Origin: Camelus ferus
Lineage: Eukaryota
Reading direction: 5' to 3'
Assembly (NCBI RefSeq): GCF_009834535.1
Contig: NC_045712.1
Span: 3,038,001 to 3,102,000 of the forward strand
Length of the DNA stretch: 64,000 nucleotides
Positions 26,386-40,637 of this stretch are shown one piece after another. The translations under genes were made by a program, and so were the position numbers. Under the pieces are notes generated by a model. That model worked only from the letters and a program-made list of their open reading frames with translations, searched no databases and had not been told where the DNA came from. Every line of letters starts with the position of its first letter. The first letter of the stretch is position 1.

Positions 26386-29300
26386 CTTTCTGATACACCT
26401 ACACAAGGTTCAGTTTTTAAGTCAGTATATAAAATAAAAGTTCTATGTACTGAAAATTGCCCTTAAAAACCCCACAGGAAGGCACCACCTTGGAATCAAT
26501 ACACCATCCAAATGAGCCAGTTTTCTTGCCAGCCCTCTCTTTGGCCGTGAGCCTGTTGAAGTGGCTGGCTTGTGTGTGGTGCCATATTGGATGAAATCAA
26601 CATGTTGTCAAACACTGGGATCCCACTCAGCGTGGTGAGATGATCCCACTTCCACTTTAAGAAGTACACAAAGATTGAGGAACACCGAGCCCAGGGTCCT
26701 TTCAGATTCCAATCTCAGGACAGCTTGTGGATGGAATGGTGGGTAAAACTGTCCACACCATTTAAATTGTCACTTTTCTCTTTCTTTCAGGGATCATAAC
26801 CTGCATGAAGGTAAACTAAATGTTTATACAATACAAATCTCCGGCAGATGAAAGATTTCATCTCATTTTCTTTGGGGACCTGAGTTAGAGTACCTCTGGA
26901 TAGATTTTTTTTTGTCGTTGTTACTGTTGAGTGAAAAAGAAATTGAAAATTAGAAGGTTTTCATCCTGTATTCCAAGTTAAGTACTTCTTCATCAGATCA
27001 TAAAACTTTAGATTTGGAGGAGGACTTAACTCTCTCTGTTCAAGGCTCTTCATTTTATAGGTGAGAAAACTGGAGTCTGAGGTGATATGATCCAAGTGGA
27101 GTCACACAATTGGCTGGTAACAGAGTTGGGACCAGAACCCAGGCGGGCAGGACCTCAGTCACTGTTCTCCCCTCCTGGATGGCAATCATTCTCATATTCA
27201 CATTTAGAAAAAGTAGGTCATACTTTCTTAAGTTTTTTGACTATTCACAACCTTTACAACTTGTCCCTGTGTCTACTGTTTCCTTCTTTCTCCCTCTCTT
27301 TCTTGTGCTGAAGCTGAACTCTAATCCACCCCCAGGCTGGCAGGGATTCCACGAAGCCAAGCCAAGGGAAAGAGCTATTTTGCCTATAATTGGTGGCTTT
27401 TCCTTTCTACACAGAGCTTTCCCAAACACACTGGCACACTGATGACTGTGGCTGGAAGACGGCCCCTTGATTTTCTGCGGCTGAAGCTTAGCACAAGTTG
27501 TGTCATTCAAACCCACCAGTCAGATCAATTAGAAATATTCACGAAAATGAGAAGATGAGTTTGCAGGTATTTCATGGCCACTCTTTTAATGCCACTAATC
27601 ACTCTCCCCATTTCTCTGGCATTTGACAAGAATCCTCAGTCAGCAGCTCGAGAAAGCAGAGTCTTTTTAAAGACAGGGCTAATTTGTTTCCTGCTGAGAG
27701 GTGACAGCCTGCCTCAATCTGCTTCAGACTTCTCAAAGATAATGACTTGTGTTTTCTCGTCCCAATTAACCACTGGCTGCTCCTGAGAAGACCATGTCCA
27801 GTCAGATAACTGAGTTTCCCTTCCCACCGATAACCTCCCGGTACAGATATGGGAGGGAAATGCAGATGTGGAGCAGAATAATGTAGAGAATTTAAACAGA
27901 AAGATTTGAAACATTCCCTTTTTCCAATCTTCTTTTTCTCACATCCCCATCATGGTCAATTTATATCTACTTAATAATTTAATAATTGGAAATAATCAAA
28001 AGGCTGGTCTTTTCCCCTGAGTAGTGAGACCCACTTAACAGTGTCTGTCAAATGCTTACAGAGGTCCTGGAAGTATCATCAGGGTGTGATTCAGAGATAT
28101 GAGACAATCAGAGATAATGAGGGGTTGGGGTCAACTTAGAAAATACACACGCTTGTCTAGAAGCATTCTGATTCAAAAGTTTTAAACACTCTCACAACCA
28201 AAACAAAATCAGCCTGTGGGTTCAAGTAAAACGAGCCATGGGAGCTGCCAGTTTGCAGCGTCTGGTCCATAACTGATGCTTCAACACCCCTGATGTCCCC
28301 AACATTCCTCTTCCCTCCCCTCCCCTGACTCACCCCTTCTCACCCAATGGTGAGTCTGGGAACAAGCAACGAAGACTTCCCGGCTCTGCACCACTCCTTC
28401 TCCTGGAGGAGTGAAGGACGCGCATACGGGGGTCTGAGAGTCCATGCTGTGAACTTCATCATGAGAAAGACCTGAGGTCATACAGGGAGGGGTTCAAGGC
28501 CATCTGATCTGGAGTCCAGTCTTAGGAAGCCCCCTGTTCCTATGGACCTAGTCACCGTCTGCTCTACCAGCTGTATCGGGGACAAAGCTGACATTTGATT
28601 ACCACCTGCCTGGCGGCCCTGGCTTACCTCTCAAGGGGTCTAAAACCCAGGCAGTGAACAAAGGTATCATCTACTGAATGCCCTCAAATTCCAATGTATA
28701 ATTAAAGAGAAAACTGATTCTTGAATTGGACTCTATTTTAAGAATACGCTATTCATAATTAGCCGAATAACCTTTTCTACCTACACAGCATTGCTGATTA
28801 TGGATAAATTCACGCTGGGAGAAAAAAACCAGGAAGACTGTGCAGCAAGAAAATAAGATCAACATGACAGAATTCAACCTAATGGCGAGCTCTGAGCTCC
28901 GGGGTGAGAAAACACGAAGGGCAGAAGTAAGTTTTTAAACCCATAAAATTGTAGAATGATAACATTTCAGAATTGGGAGGTTCATATGGATCAATGTTTA
29001 CAAAGTCATCTAAGGAGGCCATGAAAATGCTAAAAAGACTAGAAAATGCCCACCTGCTGCACGAATTCTTTCTGCAGTGTCTCCCCAGAGTAGATGTCCA
29101 GTCGTGAACTGAACATTACTGATAACAGAAAAACCCTTAGTTTCCTCTTTTGCACGGTCTAATTATTTGAAATTTTTTCTTTTTACTGAGCACAAGTAAC
29201 ACCCTCCGCTCCAACATTTATCACTCATCTCCTCTGGCGCTGCCCTGTGATACTCATAAAGTTTCATAGCTCTTTAAATGTTTGAAAACACTACCCCTCC

Positions 29301-29479
29301 CCTTCGATCCCCCCCAAGTCCTCTTCTTTGACTTAACCAACCTCAGTTTCTTCGGCTATGCTTCAGACTGACTTTAAATTTTACTGCCAGTCTGGAGAAA
29401 AGGGATACAATCCTCCTTCAGTTGTGTTTCCATCAGGGCAAACAGAGACTTTTAGGATTTTCCCCCTCTTGTTTAGATT

Positions 29480-29900
29480 CCTCTATTAAGTTAGAGATAA
29501 AATTTTTTTAAGCATAGAATATTATTAACTCACCAGTAATCTCACAGTCCACTGAGACCTTTCACACAGAGCCAGACCCTAAAATTTGACTCTCTCAACC
29601 TGATTTTTGGGGCCAAATGTAAATCTTTATATTTGCCACTATTAACATTTCATCTTGTTACATTCGGTTCCCAGGATTATCTTTTCAAGTTCATTTTGAA
29701 TACTGATTCTGTCATCTCCTTTATTCCCTAGTGGTTCATGTGATCAGAAAACGTACTCAGCATATTGTTAGTTACATCATATGTCACTGATGAAGAATTT
29801 CAGTAGAAATGTTGAGGAAAGAGGGCAGAGGGATGACTCAGAATTTCCCCTCCAGGTTGACATGAGAGCCCTCATCAACACTTCTGGGCTGAGACATTTT
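29480..29900 (-). mobile_element. CR1/L3 LINE fragment
   Basis: ttttgaatactgattctgtcatc and aaatgtaaatctttatatttgccactattaacatttcatcttgtt are reverse complements of the L3 RT region. Confidence 0.65.
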
Positions 29901-30960
29901 ACTCAGTCCTCCAAAGGATCCTCCAGCCCCTATTCTCCGCCTTGCCAACATAGGTTTCACAAGAGAGCTTTTCGAAAGAGGTCTTTCTGATGCTATTTTA
30001 GCAAAAGAAAGAAACACATTTATAAGAAAATAAGGCTATTTATCACTTCTTCAAAAATCTATACTGGCAGAAAAATATTCATGACAAAAGAAGTTATAAA
30101 ACAGTATGTATCCTATAATCTTTTAGTAACAAGGATGTTTATTTACAGGTTTGAAGACAGACAGACATAGATTTAAATATACACATACATATATATGCGT
30201 GCCTACATGTAATTCTGGAAGAAAACATTAAAAATATTTATTGAATCCCTTTGAATGCTGAGATTATCTTTTTTCCCTAATATTTCTATAAATAACATGG
30301 ATTATCACATATGCAAAAAATAATATAAAAAAATCCTATGTTGGTGATAATCACTTTTCTTCCTAAATTTTCTTAGAAGATATAAAATGTCCCCTAAAGT
30401 TGGTGCCAAGATCATTTAGGTACAGTTGATGGAACTTGTTTTCTCTACATTAAAAGGGAAATCAAAATACTTGCCTCTCTATTGTCCACAGTTTCTGAAA
30501 TATGACCAAGAGTGTTTCGGGGGCTCCTCTCTGACAGTGTCCTCATCTCTCCTTTCAAATGTGTTTTGTTCCTGAACATGTGGGGATTTTCATGCCTCTT
30601 GTATGTTAGATAAACTCGTTCCACCTGGGATTACCTTTACATTTTTTTTTTTTAACCTGGTGAATTCCTATTCATGTCTTAATTCCCAGTTCAATGACCA
30701 CCTTCACCCCCTTAGGTAGTCACTCATCCCATTCTTTTCTTTTTTTTTTTTTTTTTCTTTCTTCCTTCCATAGTTTGAACACAGCTCTATTTCTTTGCCT
30801 ATTGGTATCTGCCCTTAGACTGTGAGCTCCTAGATTTTTGACCTTTGCTGTATACAGGTGTTCCCTGGGAAACTTAATTAAAAATGAAAATTCCTGGGTT
30901 GCACCCCTGGTGGTTTCTGTTCAGCTGGTCAGGAGGAGGGTCCAGGAATGTGGATTTATT

Positions 30961-31009
30961 AAAAAAAAAAAAAAAGAAGAAGAAGAAGAAGAAAGAAAGA
31001 AAAGAAAAA
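30961..31009 (+). repeat. A15(GAA)5(GAAA)2GAAAAGAAAAA polypurine tract
   Basis: Read directly; it lies inside a MER5-like element. Confidence 0.95.
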
Positions 31010-32038
31010 TCCTAGGCAGTTCTGTTGCTTGTGGTCCGAGGCCCTCAGTGTCCTAGAGGGAAAGAGATGGCTATTTCTTTTTTATCTTTTGACTATTCCC
31101 TCGAGCTCGGACTGCATCAGACTGTCCCCTCAACACCTATACTGATCTTTATAATTTAGTTTCTTTTGTCTTATCCACCAAGAAGTGTTGGTGCAAACAG
31201 CACAGTGACTGGATCTTTTACTTATGCTGTAGGCAAAGCCAGTGAAGACAAACAGATGTGGTATCAGAGATGTGGGCTAGGCTTATAGCAGTGGATATGG
31301 AAGAGAAGGCACTTCTGATTGGACCCTTTGGATCCCACCCTTCCAGGTAGAACCCAAGCTCTACTTACATTTATAAACAGTTTCACTGCTGAAGAGAGAG
31401 AAAGGGGGAAAAAAGTTAATATGCTAACAGGTGACGTGCTTGCCAGTTTGGGAAATTTTCAAAGCAGATGTTGCTAATCTCCCCTTAATAACATGTCTTG
31501 CACTTTTGCACACTGATTATGGAAGGACTAGAAGGCCATGTAAGGAGCCTGTTGCTCTAAATGTTCTGCTTACATTTCTTTTCCCATAATCAGTAACTGA
31601 CTTTCAGCTCTTCAAATGGCTGCAGAAAAGAGACAACCATTTTAACCTTTTAGAAATGGATCTTGCTAGAGTAAATCAGAGAGAGATGATGGAAATGTTA
31701 ATTAACTTGCTTTCATCTTGGTCAGATTCTGTCTTTAACCTAAAGGCCTACACAGTCTTTTGAGTGGTTTTCTCAGATTTGATTGCCTATGACAGCCGGA
31801 GAAATTCAATCATGGTTTGGTGAGGTTACCCGCACGGGAGGGCAATAGCCCTCCTGCCTCCAGCACAGAAAACAAATGCCAAGGAAGGAAGGCAGGTGAT
31901 GGTCGCTCAGGCATTATTCTGACACGTCTCTTTTCTGCTTTAGGGCCTGTAAGAGACCAAATTTTCCTTTTCCAAGTTGGGACCAAGTGTTGGCTTCCCC
32001 CATGGGTCTGCCTCTAAAATACAAGAAGTGGGTAATTT

Positions 32039-32040
<2 letters not shown>

Positions 32041-32078
<38 letters not shown>

Positions 32079-32084
32079 ACACAC
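32041..32084. repeat. (AC)16 AT (AC)5 microsatellite
   Basis: Read directly from the sequence. Confidence 0.97.
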
Positions 32085-33379
32085 CCCCTCTGCCTGTGAG
32101 AGCAAGTCCTTACAAAACCAGTCTGCATGATAAAGCATCATTCTCAAACCACGGAAGGATATTTAGGAACAGAAAATAAAAGTTACTTTTACTTTCTTCC
32201 TTATTTATTACACAATTAGCCGTTTAAAATCCATTTCAGCTTTGGAAGTGATTAAAAAAAAAAGAAAAAGAAAGCACACTGTAGTTGAAAACAAACCACA
32301 TTGATCCTGAAATTTTTGTGGCTGAAAAGCTCAACAGAAACCCTTTCTTCCCTACGGTGGGGGACCAGCTTTATAGCGAGAGGGAAGGCTGGAACTTGAA
32401 AGAGATGTGCTCGAGAAAGAGATGGGTTTTTATTTATGTATTTGAAAAATATATAACTTTAATAAAACCGGCGATGTGTTCAGAAGTGGCAGCAGAGGTA
32501 GGTCAGAGATCTATGTTTTTTAATATCAACCTCCTCTCAAGTAAGGATTTTATCACATTAATAGCTAAATCATACCGATTGTAAAGCAGCTGAAATGAGG
32601 TAATTAGTACGGCCTATGACAGCCATGAAGAATGAAGCATGTGAGGTTTTCAGTGCCAGCCAGATGGATATCTTCAATATACTTCCTATTATCTGCTTGT
32701 GGTAATAATTTCAATTAAACTGAATCAGTACAACACAAGTCTCTTTGAATTGCCGGAAAAGAAATTAATTATGTGTGCTTCACATTTAATGTAGCTAAAG
32801 AGTCATATTCTGTGTGCCTTTTTTGTTTGTTTGTGTTGTTTGTTTTGATTGGTAAGTTCTCATTAGGAAATAAACCGATTATTTCACCCTACAGTAGGTT
32901 TTCTCTGAAAAGAAAATACTTGGATTAAACGGGTTAAGTATCACTAGTAATGAGGTTTTCTCTCTCCTACAATATCTGGGAGAAAAGTGGAAAATCTGAT
33001 CCATTGTCTGGGTGACTGTGATACAGCATCTCACCACTCAGAGGAATTCTGATCTGAGGTCTTCTTTTTAATCTGAGACATTACGCATTGCAAAACTACA
33101 AAAAGTGTTTACCAATACTCATATTCCCATTTCTAGAATTGACAGTCTTTACTATTCTTCCCATAGACCTTAGCCATTTTCCCCTCTGAATATACATTAA
33201 AAATTTACCCAAACAAAATATGATCAATACAGCTAAAGCTTTTTCACGTAACCTTACCCCAGATCCACTCCCTCCCAAACGTGATCACGAGTTAGCGCTG
33301 ATGTTGAGCAGGTATTTTTATGCTTAAACATTACACTACATATTATTTTTTATGACTAATTTTATATTAAATCATATTA

Positions 33380-33790
33380 TATGCATTATACGAAATACTA
33401 TCATGTGTATTACACTTTGATTTGCTTGTGTATTTTTTCTGTCGTTACAAACAACAATACAATGAACATCTTTGCAAGTCTACCTCACAACATGTGTGAT
33501 TTCCTCTAGAGTTAATACCCTGAAGTGGAATTGCTGAGCCAAGGCGAATGTACTTTTTCAGTATCACTTGCTCTCCACACTGTCTATACCTGTTCGCATT
33601 CCTATTCTTCGCGTGTGAGTTCCATTTTCCTCACATTCTCACCAATTCAGTGTTTTCTTAGATGTCTACCTTTTGCCACTCTTATACGTAAAACATCATA
33701 TGACACTGGTACTCTAATTTGCATGACCCTGATTACTAGTGAGGCTCATATTTCTTTTTTCCAAATTTTGTTGGTCCACACTAAATCTTT
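33380..33790 (-). mobile_element. Old L1M ORF2/3' fragment
   Basis: aagtggaattgctgagcc...ctaatttgcatgaccctgattactagtgagg. Confidence 0.65.
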
Positions 33791-35814
33791 CATACTAAAG
33801 GTAAGCAAGTGAAACCTGCCTTCAGAGCTGGCATCGAGAAACACAGGAGTTAAGGCATTATGTCTTCCCTCTAGACTAAGGATGGAGAAATGACAGGCAG
33901 GAGGGAGCCAGGGTGGACTGCCAGGGACTTATTAAGTAATAAATTTAATCTATTTTAATAAATAACACAATCTTAATAAATCTAAATCTCAGCATTATAA
34001 AAGGAGAGAAGCTCTTTTACAGAGATTCGACAAAGGAACATCATATCCATGACTGATACCGCGAAGGAACACTATTTACTAAATCTATGTGGCCCTCGCT
34101 GGGGCTCACAAGAATCTCAGGGGAAATAACTATGCTCTGCTCCATTGAAATCTTGGCTTCGTATCTTGGTAGAAAGAGAGTTCCGGGTTATGTCGGGCTC
34201 TGTGAGCACAGGTGGAACAGGAGGCCCAATGATCTGCTCTTTCTTTAGGCTTCTCCTATTTCAGCTGGCTGGTGCAAACCCCAGGAGGCAGGTCTTCTCA
34301 GATCTTACAGGATCTAGTATTGAAATGTTCTGGCTACCGCCCTTCTACCAGGGGATCTGATATAATTAGCATTTAGCACTCCCAACAGTAAATTTTTGCT
34401 TCCTACTGTAGATGCCTTGGGTCAGAATTTGTGTTAATCCTATTAGAAAGACCCTTCATTATCGCCTAGAAATAATTGGTTCCAGTGGAAGACATCTAAT
34501 TAGGCTGAAATGTATTCTATTATCAGGGCCCCACGTTAAAAGCTTTTGTTGTAGGTTAGCAGCCAAACGTCACTGCTGGTTACTGATTTCTGATTGATCC
34601 CTAGTCAAATATGGATAAAGGTTTGAATAATTTTACATAGAAGATAGGGCTGCTTCAACCTCATTTTCAAAAAAGGTTCCAACTGAAAAGACTCTACATG
34701 GCTGTGTCGGTCATGCTACGCATGGAAGGGTTGATACTTCTCAACTTCCTACAGTCAAAACAGAAAAACAGTTTTATATAGTGCACTGTAGTAATGTTGT
34801 AGAAACCCTTCGCTGCTGGTAAGAAATGTTCCTTTCTGTCTGCTATACATATATGTATAGGATAGCATCTTGTCTCCTAAACACAAGTAAACTCTTGATG
34901 AAATGAACAATGAGCACTAATTCCGGTAATGAAACAATAGATTCAACGTTCTGGAAGCCGAAGGAACATCTTCCCTTTGCAGGATTAGAGAATCAGAACA
35001 CAACATAATCTCTTACTAGGAGTAAACATGGTCTTAGATAAATACTACTGAGAACCCTTTTTCTATCACAAATAGCTCAAGTACAAATTTATGTTTTTCT
35101 TAATATAAAAGTAATTCTGTGCACTGGATAAAAAAACTTAAAAGAAATTATATATCCATTAAAATTTAAAAAATAGATTAAATTTATTACTTAAGAAATC
35201 TTTTAAAATCTAGATGGAATCAGGGTAAAATTTGTATAGAGAGCAGCTTCAAATAATAAAAAAAAATTATTAGTACAACCTACAGCCTGAAGGACCAAAT
35301 TATTAGTGAAAGAACAGCAAATACCCGGAGAGATGTGTATTCTACCTCTTGAATAATTCAACTGATTTAGGCTGGTGACAGTAGGAAGTTCAGGAAGAGG
35401 TTCATATCTTGAAAAACCTCAGCTGATAGGTTTCTGTGCTCAGTTGACTGGCTTTAGGACTCTCCCCAGCATAACAGTCTGGTTCTAGCAGCGTGAGGCC
35501 TCCCCAGTTCCTGGAGAGTCAAGGTGAAGACACTGTTCCAGCGTCTGCCAAGTTTTTTCCCTCCACTTTCTCAATCACAGATCCAATTGCCCCTCCTCTG
35601 GATTTTCAACTTATATCTAAGTACTGAGGTCTACCCTTCTGATACTGGGGTGAGGCTAAGCGCCTGGGAAAGGAATTTCCCTACCACTTCCAGCTAGGAA
35701 TAAGACTCAAGGAGATGTGAATGTTTCCAGTTGTGCTGTAGCATGACTAGGCTATATATCTTGGAACAAATTTTGAAGATCTGTCTGGGGAAGGAAAAAA
35801 GTTATCAGAAGAAA

Positions 35815-36198
35815 GGATTAGTAAGTTGTTTTTTTTTTTTCTCTAAAGGGCTGAACAGTAAATGTTTTAGGCTTTGCTGATCAGGAGGCAAAGTGAGGCT
35901 ATCACCTAGGTACTTATACATTATACGGTCTCTCATGACCACACAGCTCGGCTCTTGTGCAAGAACAACCATCATCCGTATGTAAGCAAATGACGTGGCC
36001 ATATTTCTCTACAAACTTATTTATGCACACTGAAATAAGAATTTCAGAAAATTTTCACGCATCTGAAAGTGTTGTTATACTCTTGATTTTTTTTTTTTTC
36101 CAAGCAGCTAAACATATGAAAACCATTCTCAGCTGCTGGGCTATATAAAAGTAGGTGGCTAGCTGGATTTGGCCCATGGGCCATAGTCTGCCAACCCC
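35815..36198. mobile_element. MER58B-like hAT element
   Basis: taaagggctgaacagtaaatgttttaggctttgc...aaaaccattctcagc...ggatttggcccatgggccatagtctgccaacccc. Confidence 0.8.
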
Positions 36199-39100
36199 CC
36201 AAAATGCAGTCTTTTCAGACTTTGGTGTGTATGAGGATCAAGTAGGGTGTTCATTAAAAATGGGGTGTTTTCAGGCCTCATCCCTAAAGACATAGATATT
36301 TAGGTTAGGGGGGAGGCACTGGGAATCCGCACTTCTGTGAAGCATTCCACTGAACTTGCACTTGCTAGGTGGCGGGTACAAAGTTCTTAGATGTTTCTCC
36401 AAGTGTAGTCTGGACCCGCCAGACACAAAATTACTCCAGGTCATTTTGGATGTAGTTCAGCTTGAGAATTATGGTAATAGCTCCATAGCTCAAATCCCTG
36501 CACTTCATTTTGAGCCCTGGAGGTGATCCATCGGGGCTGGGGTTGCTGTTACCACAGTTTTCTTGCCAAACTACATCAAGACAAAGAGAAGTTCTTCTTC
36601 TCTAGGACTGCTACTTAAAAATATCTCTCATATGAAACTCTATAGCAAAGATCCCATGTCATGCAAAACGACATGCCTTTAACTCTGCTATAGAGATAAA
36701 GATGAATTAGTAAGGACGATATTGCACATAGTGGAGCCTGCCTTCCATATAGTGCTTAACGACGCCTACAATCACTGAAGCACATCTTCAATGAAAGGTC
36801 AAATATTATACTTTGTTAGGATCCGGGGGTCTGACTTGAGAACTGTGCTTGCTTAAAATGAAAAAGCAAACCAAATCCCAAATATAGTCTAACTAGCTGA
36901 AAAAAATAAAGTCAGTCAAATTTAGAAATTCAGATGATGGGATGATAATCAGGAGCCCCCTAGGCACCTGTCAGAATTCTGCAGCTTGGAAGCCGGCTCG
37001 TGCATCATCTGAATATTTATCCATTTTGCAGTTGCCTGCTAGAGATTTATTTTAAACCTCCCGTACCTCCTTCTCCCCCATTACTTACTGCCCCTGTGTT
37101 TCACAGTATCTTCAGCATCTCTCCAAAACATTGGGGATGGGGGTGGGCATGGAGGTGGGCAAGAAGAGAACTGGATTTTAAAAGCATTGTTAATGATAGA
37201 ATTATTGTAAAAAGGTTAGCGAAGACGTGTTCTGATGACTGACCTTCAGAGTGTTTTAATCCCAGACATCTGAGGAGATCAAAACGAGCACAAGCACATT
37301 TTAAGGTGAGAGCACACCTTCTCTGATAAATTAGTCTCTTTGTAGATCTCAAAATTGAATTAAAATACAGCGCTCTACCCTACTTCGGGCTAAACTGTTA
37401 CATTTACATTAAAGGTGCAGGGCTCAAGCATTTTGATGTGCCATTCAGAACCTGGCACAGTTCATGGGGAGTTCAGAGTGGTTTTCTCTGTCTTTACCAT
37501 ACTTTATGGGGCAGATTTCAAAACTGTATTTCTCCATTTATGTTAATATCCTTCTCAGAGACCTGGCGGTCTGGGGGCCCCTCTGCACATTAATGCTAAT
37601 GGGAGTCAGAACCAAGCAATGGGAAATAAATGTTCTCTCAAATACCTGCAGACTTACCCAAGTAACAGAATTAACTCCTGTGAATGTGTTAACCAGATAA
37701 AGCTCATATTTTTTTTTCCCCACTTCACCTGGGAAAATAATAGAAGAATCAGAGGACCTCTGTGGAGAAACTGATTCCAGTTGAATACCAGCGGCCAAGC
37801 CCAGAAAGAACTCTGCTTGGAAACACTTGAATTCTGTCCGGTAATCAGGCAGGGAACATCCTGCTTTGACCTCACACCTCGTGCCTATAAACCTCTGCCT
37901 CCCTCTTTTCATAGGTCACCTGGGCTCTTCCTGCCCCGCCCCTCCCTTCCCCCATCTATTACAAAATCCCAGGTCTTGAAGTGTTCTTTTGCCTCAGCAA
38001 AACATGAACAGTGTAGGCAGCGGGGTACTGTACCATGTCCTCTGAGTTCTCTCCATCAGTTCACTAAAACTCTCGAAAACTGCCATTAAATCACGTGCCC
38101 CAATTTTCATACACCACCTTCACGATTTTATGCATATCCTTTTATAACGATGCATACTTAATATTTTTCTTTATATTGACTGACTTGTTTACTTAAATAC
38201 ATTTTAAAAGGAGATTTTTTTTTTATCATGGCCACCAATGGAAAACTAGTATTTTCCTAATACTAATTAATTCCTGATTTTAAGAAACATACGGTTACTA
38301 AAATTAAAAGAAAAAAACAAACAGTTTAACTATGAATTGCCTAAAATGATCTCATATCATACTTGGGGGATCACTGTTCACATTTTACTAGAAGACAAGA
38401 AATGACGTATTCAGTTTTTTAAAATGGGTAGAAGTTACAATCCCAGCAACATTTACATCCACCCAAATAAGGAGGCGCATTTCACCACTTGTGTCTCTGT
38501 AAGCTTTGCACCGCAATTCAGCACAGGACGAGCGTCAGGGAACTGCATGCATGGTTGGGAATGGTTTTATCCCAGGGCTGCTGGTACTGCTGGGGTATGA
38601 ACTCTCATGGGAAAAAGAAGACTTCTTCTTTCTGCCAATGATCTTGAGAGCTGAGGAAGTCAAGGCTTATGAGAAGGATGCTAATCAAATGCAGGGCATA
38701 ACTTGCTCCTACACGTGCAAATACCCCCGTGTCAGCAGTACAAGGCAGCACACAACATGCGCCTCTGTTTGGGTGTTCAGACTCTTCCGTATTCTCAGTC
38801 ATTTCCTAGTGGCAGGCTCACTTCTCCTTGCTGATCATCTAACAGGTTAGGGGTGGAAGTTTTATGAATTTCCAGTTCAATAAGATTTAGAATGCATGTA
38901 TAGCCATTTTGTTAAAATATGAACAAGAATAGCAAAAAAAAAAAAAACAAACTACTATTTCCTAAGTACCAGACACCGTGTTAAGCTCTTAACACAGATG
39001 ATCTCCGCTGTCAGAACAACCCTACGAGCTGGGTACTGCTATTAGCCCCACAGAGGTTAACTCTCTTGTCTGAGGCCACAGAGCCGGTAAGTGGGAGAAA

Positions 39101-40637
39101 TGAGATTCAAAGCCAGATCTCTCGGACTGTGAGCCCAGCCTCAATCACTACCGAAGAGGGCTGCCGAGTACTCCCTTACAGCTCCCTGACCGGCAGATAA
39201 TCTAGAATTAGGTCTCGGCTCAGGCATTAATCAGCTCTGAAACCCTGGGGTTCCTCCTGGTCTTAGTTCATCAGTAAGTTTCCTTTTGTAGCTGAGAAAG
39301 CTACACGTTGGCAAAGACCTCTAGCTGAAATTTTGTTTTACAAGTATTGTCTAACCTCTGTTTCCTTGGCCCTAGAGTGAACACACAGTCATACACCCAC
39401 GCTATTGCTCTGAGTGAATAATTAATCGGTTGAAATAGCTGGAGTCCATCTCAGTACAGATTTACGTTGGACTTGTGGTTTTCTGTCTGCATCGATGAGT
39501 GTGTTTACGACAAAAAGGTTTCCCTAAATGGCAGTCCTTTTCCAACTTCTAATGACCCTGAAATTGATAATTAGGTAATTTTTAGTTTCTCCTTCTTTAA
39601 TTTAAAATTGAGGCAATTGTTCTCTTCGGCTATTTTTAGTGGCTTAAGGCTACCCCACTTCACAGAGGGAGCTACAAATGCGCAAAAGGGAAATAATACC
39701 CTGTAACACATCTGCATCTATCGCAGAGGAACGGGAGAAAAGAGGAAGTGCTCCAGGCACAGGAGAAAGAACCAGAGGGAAATGCAGGATTCCTGGGTTC
39801 ACAGTCCTCTTCTGCTATTGGTGACCTTGAGAAACTCACCAACCTGAGTTTTGTCTTCCTCAGTTAGATCACCACCAAGACCCCCTCAGCTCAAAAATTC
39901 TATGACTCTATGACTCGGCAAGATACAAAGTGAGAGAAATGCAAACGAAATGTAAATGAAAGTCTCATCCTTCACAATTCCCACTTGGTACGACCAGCCC
40001 GTCCCATCAACCTGCTGTTGTTACATCATGTGCTGTGGCAGGAGCGTAAAGGACTTCCCGTCATGTACAGTAAAGCACCCGGGCTAAGGTATGTGGAAAA
40101 TGGTTATTTCTTTAAAACTGACAGGGTTGGCTGGGTGACTGAAGCATAGCACAGAGGCGGTCAGAGCCCTTTATTGGGATAATAATCCGCAGCTAGAGCT
40201 CCGGAGAACCGAGGGAGCTCTTCTGAAAATCGCCAATGTCATTGTTTAAACAATGTTTGCTAAAAATAGTATTTGAGTCGTGGGTTTTTAATTTGTTAGC
40301 ACAGGGTTCCTAGCCATGAATTTCAAATCTATAGAGACTTGAAAGAAATTTAATTAAAGGATTGAAGATAGCATTAGTTACAATACTATAATAGATACAA
40401 TGGCTGTAATTCTCAAAATTGTATTGGATGATTCTGGAATAAGATAGGCTTTCAATCATATTCATTACCAACCGTTCTCTAAGAATTATTAATCATATCA
40501 TGTTGGCTATGATGAATTAATTTAGCAACACAGTGATATCCGTACATATTAATAGGAAGGACGCCACTTCAAAAGATTACATTATTAGAAATGCAGGCAC
40601 ATATATTACTCTGCGTGTTCTCTGGGTTAGTCCTTAC

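Larger units (their letters stand above)
918..40637 (-). other. CNTN4: CNTN4 intron, 39,720 nt, phase 1, GT-AG
   Basis: Bounded by the donor at 40637 and the acceptor at 918. I found no other contactin-like coding sequence inside it. Confidence 0.92.

Noticed and set aside
28628-28837. 210-nt sense-strand pseudo-exon (acceptor 28838, donor GAG|GTAAGC at 28627)
   Set aside because: It has an in-frame TAG in the required phase, a competing internal acceptor, and no contactin similarity. Such candidates are common in long introns.
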